From: Verrucomicrobiota bacterium
GTDB taxonomy: Bacteria > Verrucomicrobiota > Verrucomicrobiia > Chthoniobacterales > JAFAMB01
Length of the DNA stretch: 64,000 nt
Assembly: GCA_019239825.1 (NCBI GenBank)
Contig: JAFAZK010000341.1
Coordinates: 31,570-95,569, forward strand
Reading direction: 5' to 3'
Shown here: positions 55,475 through 64,000 of the stretch, in pieces
How positions within the stretch are numbered: the first letter of the stretch is position 1
Layout of the letters: every line of letters starts with the position of its first letter
Notes under the pieces: model-generated
The model's input: only the letters and a program-made list of their open reading frames with translations
Told to the model about the DNA's origin: nothing
Database searches by the model: none
Program-made: the position numbers and the translations under genes

Positions 55475-57289
55475 ATGAGTCAAATCGTCGGTATCGATTT
55501 AGGCACAACGAATTCCTTGATCGGAGTCATGGACTCGGGATTTCCAATCCTGTTGGCCGATTCCGAGGGGTTCCGTTTGACGCCGTCAATCGTACACTTC
55601 CCAGTTTCGGGTGAACCACTGGTGGGACGACCAGCCGGCCGGATGAAAGCCATCTCGCCGGAGCGAACGGTTTTTTCAGTTAAGCGATTGATGGGGATTC
55701 GTCCGGGTGAGACTGGGAAAGACAATTTTCCGTTTCGAGTCGCCGATGCTCAGGGAAAGACCACCATCGTTATCGGAGACCAAACCGTCACCCCAGAGGA
55801 AGTTTCCACCATTATTCTCCGCAAGCTCAAGGCGGACGCGGAGAAATCTCTCGGCTCCGCGATCGACCGGGCTGTGATCACGGTCCCTGCGTACTTCAAT
55901 GATTTACAGCGCCAAGCCACCAAACGAGCCGGCGAAGCTGCCGGATTCACCGTAGAGCGGATCATCAATGAACCGACTGCGGCTGCTCTGGCTTACGGAC
56001 TCGACCGGTTAAAGGACCGGGCCAAGATTGCTGTGTACGATCTCGGCGGCGGCACTTTCGACATTTCGATCCTTGAACTCAATGAGGGCGTTTTCCGCGT
56101 TCTCTCGACTAATGGGAACACTCGCTTAGGAGGGGACGACATTGACCGGGATCTGGTTCGTCTCCTCGAAGAGCGAATCACTGCCCGCTACCCGGAGATC
56201 CGGCATGAGCTGAAAGACCCATTGTTTTCGGCCCGTCTCCGCGAGCTCGCGCATGATGCCAAGCTGAGGTTGTCCGACGAAAATGGAGTGCAAATCGAAA
56301 TCCCCTTTCTTTCCGGTAATCGGCGGTTCAACTACTTGCTTAGCCGGCAAGAATTAGACGCGATTACCCGGCCGATCGTCCGCCGGACACGGTCGCACTG
56401 TCTCCGGTCGATGGATGACGCAAAGGTTGCCCCTCGCGATCTGGATGAGGTTATCCTAGTCGGTGGAGTTACCCGGATGCCGATCGTCCGCCAGCTGGTC
56501 GCGGAGATCTTTCAACGGCTGCCGAACACCTCTCAAAATCCGGATGAAGCAGTCGCCGTCGGCGCGACGATTCAGGCCGGCATCATTTCTGGCGAGATTC
56601 AGAGTGTCGTTCTGCTCGATGTCACTCCTTTGTCACTGGGCGTCGAAACTTTTGGAGGGCTGATGAACGTGATCATCCCGCGAAACACGACCATCCCCTG
56701 CAAGGCCGGCGAGATGTTCACCAATGCGGTCGCCTACCAGAGGTCGATGCGAATCAAGGTCCTGCAGGGCGAGCGCGAATTAGCCAAAGATAACTGGGAG
56801 CTGGGAAGCTTTGAGATCGAATTCGCACCTGTTCCCAAGGGAGTTGCTCGTGTTGGCATCCAGTTTGAGATCGACGCTAACGGTATTCTGCACGTGTTGG
56901 CTCGCGACGTCAGCACAGGACAGCAAACGCTCCTGGATCTAGCCAGCGCCGTCGATGTCTCCGACGAAGCCGTCGAACAGATGATCGCCGAATCAGTGGA
57001 CCATGCGTTCGAGGATATGTCCGAGCGCGTCTGGACTGAGACGTCGATCAAGAGCAACGAACTCTTACCCGCCGTTAAAAGCGCGCTGACCTTGGTCGGA
57101 GATCAATTGACTGAGGCAGACAAACAAGAAATCGACGGCTTAGTAAAGGCGGTAAACGAGGCGTTGGACAGCAAAGACATCCAGCGCCTGAAATCGGCCA
57201 ACGCCGCGTTAGATCAAGGCACGCAACATCTCGCGACGTTGCTGATCGACCGCGCCATGTCGGAGGCAGAAAGACGACGAGCGGGATAA
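55475..57289 (+). CDS. hscA: Fe-S protein assembly chaperone HscA (Hsp70 family)
   Basis: [35 protein letters not shown]; 604 aa. Confidence 0.9.
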   Translation: MSQIVGIDLGTTNSLIGVMDSGFPILLADSEGFRLTPSIVHFPVSGEPLVGRPAGRMKAISPERTVFSVKRLMGIRPGETGKDNFPFRVADAQGKTTIVIGDQTVTPEEVSTIILRKLKADAEKSLGSAIDRAVITVPAYFNDLQRQATKRAGEAAGFTVERIINEPTAAALAYGLDRLKDRAKIAVYDLGGGTFDISILELNEGVFRVLSTNGNTRLGGDDIDRDLVRLLEERITARYPEIRHELKDPLFSARLRELAHDAKLRLSDENGVQIEIPFLSGNRRFNYLLSRQELDAITRPIVRRTRSHCLRSMDDAKVAPRDLDEVILVGGVTRMPIVRQLVAEIFQRLPNTSQNPDEAVAVGATIQAGIISGEIQSVVLLDVTPLSLGVETFGGLMNVIIPRNTTIPCKAGEMFTNAVAYQRSMRIKVLQGERELAKDNWELGSFEIEFAPVPKGVARVGIQFEIDANGILHVLARDVSTGQQTLLDLASAVDVSDEAVEQMIAESVDHAFEDMSERVWTETSIKSNELLPAVKSALTLVGDQLTEADKQEIDGLVKAVNEALDSKDIQRLKSANAALDQGTQHLATLLIDRAMSEAERRRAG

Positions 57290-57290
57290 A

Positions 57291-57642
57291 GACGAAATCG
57301 CGAATGGGCGATTGGGCGAAACGGCGATGCGGCGAAAACTTGGTGGGGCGAGAGCCTGCCGCGCCGTAGGCCTTGCGAAGGCGGGCTCCCGAACGTTCAA
57401 AGCGCCTTGTCAGCGCCGCTGAGGTCCGTGACGGATGTGATGTCCTTGGGCCTTTACGCTTGTCGAGCCGTTCCGTGGGGGTGCTAATACGCTGAGTCGC
57501 GGCTCGGCACGCCACTCGGCCTAGCACCGTCACTCGGTTTAACTACATCGAGTCCTTCGTTTGAGCTTTTTGGCTTTTCGGGAGCCTCGCTCTACCAGTT
57601 CGAGCGCCCATCGCCGTGTCGCCCCATCGCCCATTCGCCGCG
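57291..57642. repeat. Degenerate GGGAGCC element (copy F, reverse orientation) inside GCGAATGGGCGATTGGGCGAAACGGCG word arms
   Basis: GGCGGGCTCCCGAACGTTC lies at 57381-57399 and TTTTCGGGAGCCTCGCTC at 57576-57593. The word arms are 57291-57338 and 57602-57642. Confidence 0.75.
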
Positions 57643-57648
57643 CCGCCA

Positions 57649-58932
57649 CTAACGCTCCTCGTCCACCCTCGGCAGCCGAATGATGAACGTCGCGCCCTCG
57701 CCCGGAGAACTCGCTAGCTCAACGTTTCCGCCATGGGATTGAGCCGTGTGCTTCACAATGGATAGGCCCAGGCCGGTGCCGCCGGCGTCTCGAGAGCGAT
57801 CCTTGTGGACCCGATAAAATCTCTCGAAGATATGAGGCTGATCGCTTAGCGGGATCCCTGGCCCATTATCCTTTACCTTCAGGACCACCTCCAAGGGCGT
57901 AAAATCGACCACAATCAACACCCTTGGCTCCGGTTTGCCGCCGTATTTCAAAGCGTTATCAAGCAGATTAAAAATAGCCTGCTCGATTTTGACTTGGTCT
58001 GCTTCAATAAAGGGTAGTCCCTGAGCGATTTCGGTTTGAACCACGGCGCCTGATGCCTGGATCATCGGCTCGGATTTTTCTAACACCTTCTCAATGCACG
58101 ATTGAAGCTGGAAGCGCTCCCAGTTCAGATGAGGCTCCCGAGACTCCAAGCGAGCGAGCTGCAGCAGGTCATCCACGAGTAGATTGAGCCGCTGTGCGTG
58201 TTTGTGCATGATCGCCAGAAAGCGCCGGCGGGTGGCTGCGTCCGGGCTGGACTCGATGAGCGTCTCCAGGTACCCCGTCAGAATGGAAAGTGGAGTGCGA
58301 AGTTCGTGGGAAACGTTGGCGACAAAATCCTTTCGCACGGCCTCCAGGGATCGAATCTGGGTTACGTCGTGAAAAACCACCAAGATGCCGGCTGAACCTT
58401 CTTGTTTCGGCCGGCGCAAACTAACGGAAGTGACCTGAAAATGCTTCGGAACAAACTTTTCGCCGTCTCGAATATCGACTGGGATCTCGTACTCTTGAGG
58501 TTGGTTCGTCTCGACGGTCCTCTGCGCCATTTGGTGCAGAAGATGATTGCGAAACACCTCTAAAATCGTTCGCCCCACCGGAACCCGTGAGAAGGAGAAC
58601 ATCCGCTGCAGGCGTTCGTTAACCAAGCGGACAGTAAGGTCCGAATTCGCGACCAGCACCCCTTCGCTCATGCTCCCCAAAATCGCCCGCAGGCTCAAAT
58701 CTTCGTCTGCCACCAACTGCGCCATTTCGCGTTGCCGGTGTTCGATCCGGCGGAGTTGATGATAGATTTCGCGAACCACCGCAGGCCCTTTGCCGCCCGT
58801 GCTGATGCGCGTCTCTTCAGCCAGCCGGCGGGTATCGTTGCGGATGCGGAATAGCTCACGCCACAGGATCCAGGTTGTAACCATGGATCCGCAAAGGAGG
58901 ACAGACAGAGCGATTAGCCAAGTTGAAGTCAC
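57649..58932 (-). CDS. Sensor histidine kinase (TM, PAS, HisKA, HATPase; PhoR-like)
   Basis: H-box FVANVSHELRTPL, N-box LLDNALKY, G-boxes DNGPGI and GTGLGLSIV. Confidence 0.88.
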   Translation of the reverse strand: MTSTWLIALSVLLCGSMVTTWILWRELFRIRNDTRRLAEETRISTGGKGPAVVREIYHQLRRIEHRQREMAQLVADEDLSLRAILGSMSEGVLVANSDLTVRLVNERLQRMFSFSRVPVGRTILEVFRNHLLHQMAQRTVETNQPQEYEIPVDIRDGEKFVPKHFQVTSVSLRRPKQEGSAGILVVFHDVTQIRSLEAVRKDFVANVSHELRTPLSILTGYLETLIESSPDAATRRRFLAIMHKHAQRLNLLVDDLLQLARLESREPHLNWERFQLQSCIEKVLEKSEPMIQASGAVVQTEIAQGLPFIEADQVKIEQAIFNLLDNALKYGGKPEPRVLIVVDFTPLEVVLKVKDNGPGIPLSDQPHIFERFYRVHKDRSRDAGGTGLGLSIVKHTAQSHGGNVELASSPGEGATFIIRLPRVDEER

Positions 58933-59618
58933 GGCGCCCGATTCGCCAAGAAACGATACCCTTCACCGCGGATCGTGACAATCCTATCTGCGGCTTCCCC
59001 GAGTTTTTCCCGGAGTCGCCTAATGTGGGTGTCCACCGTCCGCGTATCGATAACGTTCTCGTAGCCCCAAACATCTTGTAGCAGAGTCTGGCGTGACAGC
59101 GTGCGCCCTCGCCTTTCCAACAGGGCCACCAGCAACTTAAACTCTGTTGTGGTTAGCTCGAGGCGTTTACCGCTAACGCTGATCTCGAAGTTGTTTTTAT
59201 CGAGGCGGAATTCATCCACGGTGAGAACAGAGGCTGACTCGACCATTCGGAGTCGCCTCAATAGATTCTGGACTCGTAGAACCAATTCTCTAGGGCTGAA
59301 CGGTTTAGTAAGGTAATCATCGACCCCCAGCTCGAGACCCAGAATGCGATCGGAGATTTCCGCTTTGGCAGTAAGAATCACGACAGGGATTGTTGAGGTC
59401 TCCGTTGAGGCTCTGAGTGCTTTAAGCACTTCAATCCCCGTCATATGGGGGAGCATAATATCGAGAATGATGGCGTCAGGACGCCGCTCTTTCGCTGCGT
59501 TCAGCCCGCCCGCCCCAGTCAATGCGACGTGGACTTCAAAGCCGGAACGGTGCAAATGATAGCGTACAAGATCGACTACATCCGGCTCGTCATCTACCAC
59601 AAGGACGGTATTTCGCAT
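58929..59618 (-). CDS. OmpR/PhoB-family response regulator
   Basis: Start taken at MRNTVLVVDDEPDVV. Receiver Asp in IILDIMLP; winged-helix C-terminus ..TVDTHIRRLREKL..RGEGYRF. Confidence 0.9.
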   Translation of the reverse strand: MRNTVLVVDDEPDVVDLVRYHLHRSGFEVHVALTGAGGLNAAKERRPDAIILDIMLPHMTGIEVLKALRASTETSTIPVVILTAKAEISDRILGLELGVDDYLTKPFSPRELVLRVQNLLRRLRMVESASVLTVDEFRLDKNNFEISVSGKRLELTTTEFKLLVALLERRGRTLSRQTLLQDVWGYENVIDTRTVDTHIRRLREKLGEAADRIVTIRGEGYRFLANRAP

Positions 59619-59836
59619 GCTCGGCGGCGAGCGTAGCTCAATGGGACAAGCGCCATCAAGAAATCGTCCTAAAAAATGATCCGGGCTGCGCACGCCAAGG
59701 AGTAGAAGTCGAGAGAAATCGTGCGCAGACCCGAATCGCCTTAACCAATGATGTAGACAGGGTCCAGCGAGGAGCGTTCAAAGGTTTCTCCTTTTTTCTT
59801 GCCTTCGGGGCGATTTTTCCCTTAGCAGGCCGTTTT

Positions 59837-59920
<84 letters not shown>

Positions 59921-60167
59921 CCACGCCGAACCGCCTGGAGGGGAGCCGCTTTATACGGTGGCAAGGTCTATCGGTTGGCAGCAGGCGGCTCCCGAAAACT
60001 ACACAGCGCGTGGAATTTACCCACGATGTTAGGGGCTTGCGGCCAGGAACATCCGAAAAGGCGTTAGAACAAACACCTGATAGAAACGTTCGCGGGAGCC
60101 GCCTGCAGCCACCTTATAGAGCTGCCACATCGCGAAGCGGCTCCCCTCCGGGCGCGGTTCGGCGTGG
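59921..60167. repeat. GGGAGCCGC nested-palindrome element, copy E (+ orientation, short outer spacers)
   Basis: Motif starts are 59941(+), 59985(-), 60094(+) and 60137(-). The 18-mer is at 60086. Flanks are CCACGCCGAACCGCC and GGCGCGGTTCGGCGTGG. Confidence 0.92.
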
Positions 60168-60223
60168 CACGTGACGGCTCGAATTGAGGACGACGACGAG
60201 TACGAGAAGCAATACACCGCATA

Positions 60224-60676
60224 TTATTTCAAACTAACCAACAGATACGCCGTCTCGGATCGCCAGTTTAACGGAATAGCGTAGTTTCGGCCTCCGGTAC
60301 GAAGATCCGCGCTCACTCGTGGACCAACAATAACGTTAGGGACAGAAATCCGGAAGTCACTACCGAACTCCTCGCGCGCGTTCCCGCTGAGAGTGTTGGC
60401 GATTTCGCCGACCAGGTCCCGCTTCGCAGCGTCGTCGCGTCGTTCGTCTTTGAGCAGCGCTAGAATTGTTTCCAGCATGCCGCCATTCGCAGTAAAGCAA
60501 ACGGCGCCCTCACAGCGCCCGCTTACTGGGATGATGCCAGTGTACTCTAGCAAAGGGCCCAGTTCGTCTCGCAAAAACGGCGGCTCAATGACCAAAGTCG
60601 GTTTCGGCTCCAAAGCCTCGAAATAGCGACGCGCCATCGTAATGAAAATCCGGATATCCTGGTCGGTCATTTTCAT
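60224..60676 (-). CDS. cheX: CheX/CheC-like chemotaxis phosphatase
   Basis: 150 aa. DLVGEIANTLSGNA matches the D/S-x3-E-x2-N CheC/CheX active-site pattern. Adjacent to a CheY-like gene. Confidence 0.68.
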   Translation of the reverse strand: MKMTDQDIRIFITMARRYFEALEPKPTLVIEPPFLRDELGPLLEYTGIIPVSGRCEGAVCFTANGGMLETILALLKDERRDDAAKRDLVGEIANTLSGNAREEFGSDFRISVPNVIVGPRVSADLRTGGRNYAIPLNWRSETAYLLVSLK

Positions 60677-60678
60677 GA

Positions 60679-61038
60679 TTAATCCGTCAGCAGGAGCTCG
60701 AAAGCTTCTCGTAACTCGTCGGGGTTGACTGGCTTACATAAAAAGCCCCGAGCACCCCTTTTCAACGCGATCAGCGCCGTCGCCCGGTCGCGCAGTGCGG
60801 AAATGATCAAGATCTTGGCCTCCGGATTGATATTGAGGAGGCTCTCGAGGCAGGTCAACCCGTCCATTCTCGGCATGGTGATATCGAGCGTAATCACGTC
60901 ATGCAGCTTCTCCTGATAGAGTCGAAGCGCTTCTTCACCGTCGGCCGCCTGATCCACCTGAGTAATATGACCATTCTCGAGGTCCCGTTGGATAGCAAGC
61001 CGGACCACACTCGAGTCGTCAACAATCAACAGTTTCAT
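60679..61038 (-). CDS. Single-domain response regulator (CheY-like)
   Basis: MKLLIVDDSSVVR..ITLDITMPRMDG..ILIISA..KRGARGFLCKP; 119 aa. Confidence 0.88.
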   Translation of the reverse strand: MKLLIVDDSSVVRLAIQRDLENGHITQVDQAADGEEALRLYQEKLHDVITLDITMPRMDGLTCLESLLNINPEAKILIISALRDRATALIALKRGARGFLCKPVNPDELREAFELLLTD

Positions 61039-64000
61039 TCATCGAAATCCTGACGCGAAACTCAGTAAAACTTCCCACCTTAGAGGAAACCTTAATCTCG
61101 CCGCCGAATCGTTTAGCCAGATCTTGCACCGCGTCCAGTCCAACACCGCGGCCAGCGTCCCGAGTCGAATGTTCAAGCGTAGTAAATCCCGGTTTAAACA
61201 ACAGATCAGTGAGCTCAGCCTCACCCCACCGTCCGATCGCATCCTTGTCCGCATACCCGGCTTCTACAGCCCGTTTGCGAAGGATCGAGAAGTCTAACCC
61301 TTTTCCATCGTCTCGCACACCAAATTCAAAACAATGCGCGTCCGGTCGACAAGAGAAAATATGAATATCACCCACAGGATGCTTACCGCTGTTTACTCGC
61401 TGAAACGGTAGCTCTACGCCATGGGCAGCGGCATTACGGACGAATTGAGTTAAGATGGTGTGAACTGTTTCTGATAACGATTTAGGCTCAGGCGGAACTG
61501 GCGCGGCAAAATCAAACGTTACATGCACCTTCTTGCCGCTCCTCTGGGCGACCTCTTCTGCCAGTTCGGCTAACCCATCAAACTCACCATTCTGCGTAGA
61601 CGATTTGTGACTGAAGACCTTTTGCATCTCGAGCAATCGATCAATCAGCTCCCGCGTCATGGTGATCCGGTCCCTCATTTGCCCTAGACCAGTGGTGATA
61701 GGGAGAAAATGTTCTCCGGAAATAACCCCGGCTTGCTGGACGGCAACAACCTCCTCCTCGAGCTGATTGGCCAGGTTCTCAAAATAGGAAAGATGGATCA
61801 CAGTCGCGTTTCCTTTAATAAGATGGAGCGATCGCGAGATCGTCTGTAACAAGCGTGTATACCGATCGGAGCGTTGTTCCTCTGTTTCCGGGGTTTTACT
61901 TACGAATTGTCCTGCTTCGAGCGCCTGTACCATACTGTCGGTCTGCGTCTCTGTATGGGTCAGGAATTCCTGCAAGGTGCTCGGATCGACGTGCATTATC
62001 CCGAACAGCATTTCGATCTGGGTTTGGGCTCTGGCCTCGCTTTCACGAATTTGCCGCTTAAGTGACACACTTGTGGTGACGTCCAATACGGTAACCATGA
62101 TCTGCGTGGGCTTCCCGGGAGCGAGAACGCGATTAAACCGAAACTCTAAATAGCGGGTTCGGTTGAATCCTTTCGGATCGCGCTGACGAAATTCGACTTC
62201 AAGCAACGGATTGGTCTGGGCAATCAGTTTGTCCTTGATCTTAGGGTTCTGAAGTAACTCCAAATATAACGTCGTTGCCTCTAGGATCGCCGGCGCGATG
62301 ACTGGCTCTAAGACTTGGCCGGTTGGCCGGAGCAAATCCAAGAAGTGAAGGCCCACTATCTCTCGATGGAAAATCTCGGAAGTAGCCCTCGAGTAACCAG
62401 GTTGAATTATGAGGTCAGGCCCAATCAGAAACAATCCCTCGTTGACCGTCTCCAAGATCTTCCGGATCTGATTGGTCCCCGATACGACTTGGTCAACCAT
62501 GGTATTAAATCGGGAAGCCAGAAACCCGACCTCGTCCGACGTCATTACCGGTGCTCGCGCCGATAGATCTCCGCCACCGATCTTTTCAGCTGTAGTCACC
62601 AGTTGCCCAATGGGGCCAAGGAGGAAATGAGAAAAGACGATGATACCGCCGATTGCAAAAACGAGAATCACCAAGCCGCCAACCGCGACCAAGCGAGCAA
62701 GATCTTGTGCCGGCTTAAAGGCTTCGTCGGTATCGATCCTGATGACCAGGCCCCAATTGAGCTCCGGAAGCGGTAACATACCGAAAACTCCCAGCGATTC
62801 TCGGCCCCGTTGATCGACAAAGGTTACCTCCCCACTCCGTGACTTGTTCGAAAAGAGCTGATCAACGGCCTGATTGTGTAATGGGAAAGCAAGAATCGAA
62901 GTCCGCCCGTCCGGCAAACCCTTTTCATTGTAGCTCGGAATGGTCAGCTCCTTCGGCAGCTCTTGCAGAAATCGGGATTCGGTTCGCAAGCGCCGATCAG
63001 GCCCCACAATATAAGCTTCCCCGGAGCTTCCCAAGCCGACCTGGGTCCAGTGTTCGTCGAATGTGATGATGCTGGTTATCTGGCGACTATCGATCTCATG
63101 AACCAGAACCCCCTGCTGTTCGCCCAGGCGGTCACTGATTGCGCAGCCGAGAAACATCACCGGCCGGTTGCTCTTTACCGGATAGTCCTCCAAATCCGTG
63201 ACCATCACATGATCCGCCTCCGGCGAAGCACTCGACCCGGGAGGGCCATACCAGGCGCCCACAAAGACTTTTTTGAGGTTAGTGTTGGATAACCACCCGT
63301 TCACCACGTTCGTGCCGAGATCCCAGCTTTTCCCAAACGAGTAAACGACGTTGCCCCGGTTATCGATAAACAGCAGGTCGTTATACCGGTTTCTTCCGAC
63401 CACAGCCTCAATTGATGGCTGATAGCGTTCGACCGCTCTGGCATAGGTCGTCTTTGAAAATGCATTTCGGACCTTTGATGCCAGCGAATCGGTACCGTCG
63501 TTTTCTCTAACCGGCTCAGCCTGAACTTCCGCGCCGGAACCCGCTGCGTTTCCAAGGATGTAAACATATTGAACGATCACCCCTTCCCGGCTCAGATCCG
63601 CAACTTGAGAGACGGCATTTTTAGAAACATCAAGGGCGGACATGGGCGCGAAATACTTTTCGTACCCAAGCCGGAGCCGGTCGCGAAGAGTAGCGATCAG
63701 CGCGGCGTCCACCGGCAACCCGGCGTCCTCCAGATCGTCAATCAACTCCTGGTAGCCAGCGGACAATTCCGAGGCCGCGTATCGGAAAGTCTGACTCTCG
63801 GCCTGAGTGGCGATACCGCGGCGATGATCGGCGAAGAATCGGGAAATAACCTCTGAAAAAGACTCGCGCAACGACCTGAACCCATCGAGCCTAGCCCTTC
63901 GCAAAGCGCTGGAAGAGAGGAAAAAGGCGGCCGATGACAGCCCGAGGATCGCAATGCTCAACAGCGTGAGCGTGAAGAGCAATAACTTGTCGCGGATAGA
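61019..64000 (-). CDS. Membrane sensor kinase: periplasmic double-Cache-like domain, HAMP, PAS-like region, HPt (CheA P1-like) and CheA-type ATPase (P4-like); no CheW-like domain
   Basis: HAMP GGGDLSARAPVMTSDEVGFLASRFNTMV. HPt SRSLHLIKGNATV. CheA-type N/G1/F/G2 boxes FVRNAAAHGVE, DDGKGLD, KPGFTT, GRGVGLDAV. The frame is open upstream of TTG 63982 to the window edge, so the true start may lie outside. 20-nt overlap with the CheY-like gene. Confidence 0.85.
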   Translation of the reverse strand, partial: SIRDKLLLFTLTLLSIAILGLSSAAFFLSSSALRRARLDGFRSLRESFSEVISRFFADHRRGIATQAESQTFRYAASELSAGYQELIDDLEDAGLPVDAALIATLRDRLRLGYEKYFAPMSALDVSKNAVSQVADLSREGVIVQYVYILGNAAGSGAEVQAEPVRENDGTDSLASKVRNAFSKTTYARAVERYQPSIEAVVGRNRYNDLLFIDNRGNVVYSFGKSWDLGTNVVNGWLSNTNLKKVFVGAWYGPPGSSASPEADHVMVTDLEDYPVKSNRPVMFLGCAISDRLGEQQGVLVHEIDSRQITSIITFDEHWTQVGLGSSGEAYIVGPDRRLRTESRFLQELPKELTIPSYNEKGLPDGRTSILAFPLHNQAVDQLFSNKSRSGEVTFVDQRGRESLGVFGMLPLPELNWGLVIRIDTDEAFKPAQDLARLVAVGGLVILVFAIGGIIVFSHFLLGPIGQLVTTAEKIGGGDLSARAPVMTSDEVGFLASRFNTMVDQVVSGTNQIRKILETVNEGLFLIGPDLIIQPGYSRATSEIFHREIVGLHFLDLLRPTGQVLEPVIAPAILEATTLYLELLQNPKIKDKLIAQTNPLLEVEFRQRDPKGFNRTRYLEFRFNRVLAPGKPTQIMVTVLDVTTSVSLKRQIRESEARAQTQIEMLFGIMHVDPSTLQEFLTHTETQTDSMVQALEAGQFVSKTPETEEQRSDRYTRLLQTISRSLHLIKGNATVIHLSYFENLANQLEEEVVAVQQAGVISGEHFLPITTGLGQMRDRITMTRELIDRLLEMQKVFSHKSSTQNGEFDGLAELAEEVAQRSGKKVHVTFDFAAPVPPEPKSLSETVHTILTQFVRNAAAHGVELPFQRVNSGKHPVGDIHIFSCRPDAHCFEFGVRDDGKGLDFSILRKRAVEAGYADKDAIGRWGEAELTDLLFKPGFTTLEHSTRDAGRGVGLDAVQDLAKRFGGEIKVSSKVGSFTEFRVRISMNETVDC

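Overview
This is a housekeeping-dominated chromosomal segment of a moderately GC-rich bacterium. Gene content and the LexA-box type weakly suggest a PVC/Verrucomicrobia-like organism, which is inference only. I call 53 CDS plus one interrupted gene. They include: a polyol-type ABC importer next to dhaKL; purD; hemW; yggS; an opgG-X-opgH glucan cluster; lexA; a Xer recombinase; pepF; ilvNC; a cell-wall cluster (D,D-carboxypeptidase, 3D-domain protein, PBP2); proBA; a class III nucleotidyl cyclase; lysC; three OmpA-like genes around glyQS; iscA-hscBA; a PhoR/PhoB-like pair; and a CheX/CheY/CheA-like module at the right edge. I saw no rRNA, tRNA, CRISPR, transposase, phage or recognisable defence genes. 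The unusual signal is in the non-coding DNA. (1) A dispersed, polar family of about 250-380 bp nested palindromes is built on four alternating GGGAGCCGC motifs with conserved spacing: six long copies and one minimal hairpin. (2) Long imperfect palindromes whose arms are tandem arrays of short words occupy most convergent and co-directional transcription-unit boundaries, but almost none of the divergent promoter regions. Word examples are GTAATCAGT, AAGTTNTAAGTT, GCTCGT, GTGAGAAGTGAGA and GGCGAAACGGCGATGGG. Protein-level oddities: complementary motif decay in the two ABC ATPases, an in-frame TAG in the binding-protein gene, an S41 peptidase homologue lacking the Ser/Lys dyad, a Cache-HAMP-HPt-CheA-type kinase with no CheW domain, and a DUF4912-like protein with an LSS-repeat core. 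All family names come from reading motifs by eye; no database search was possible.
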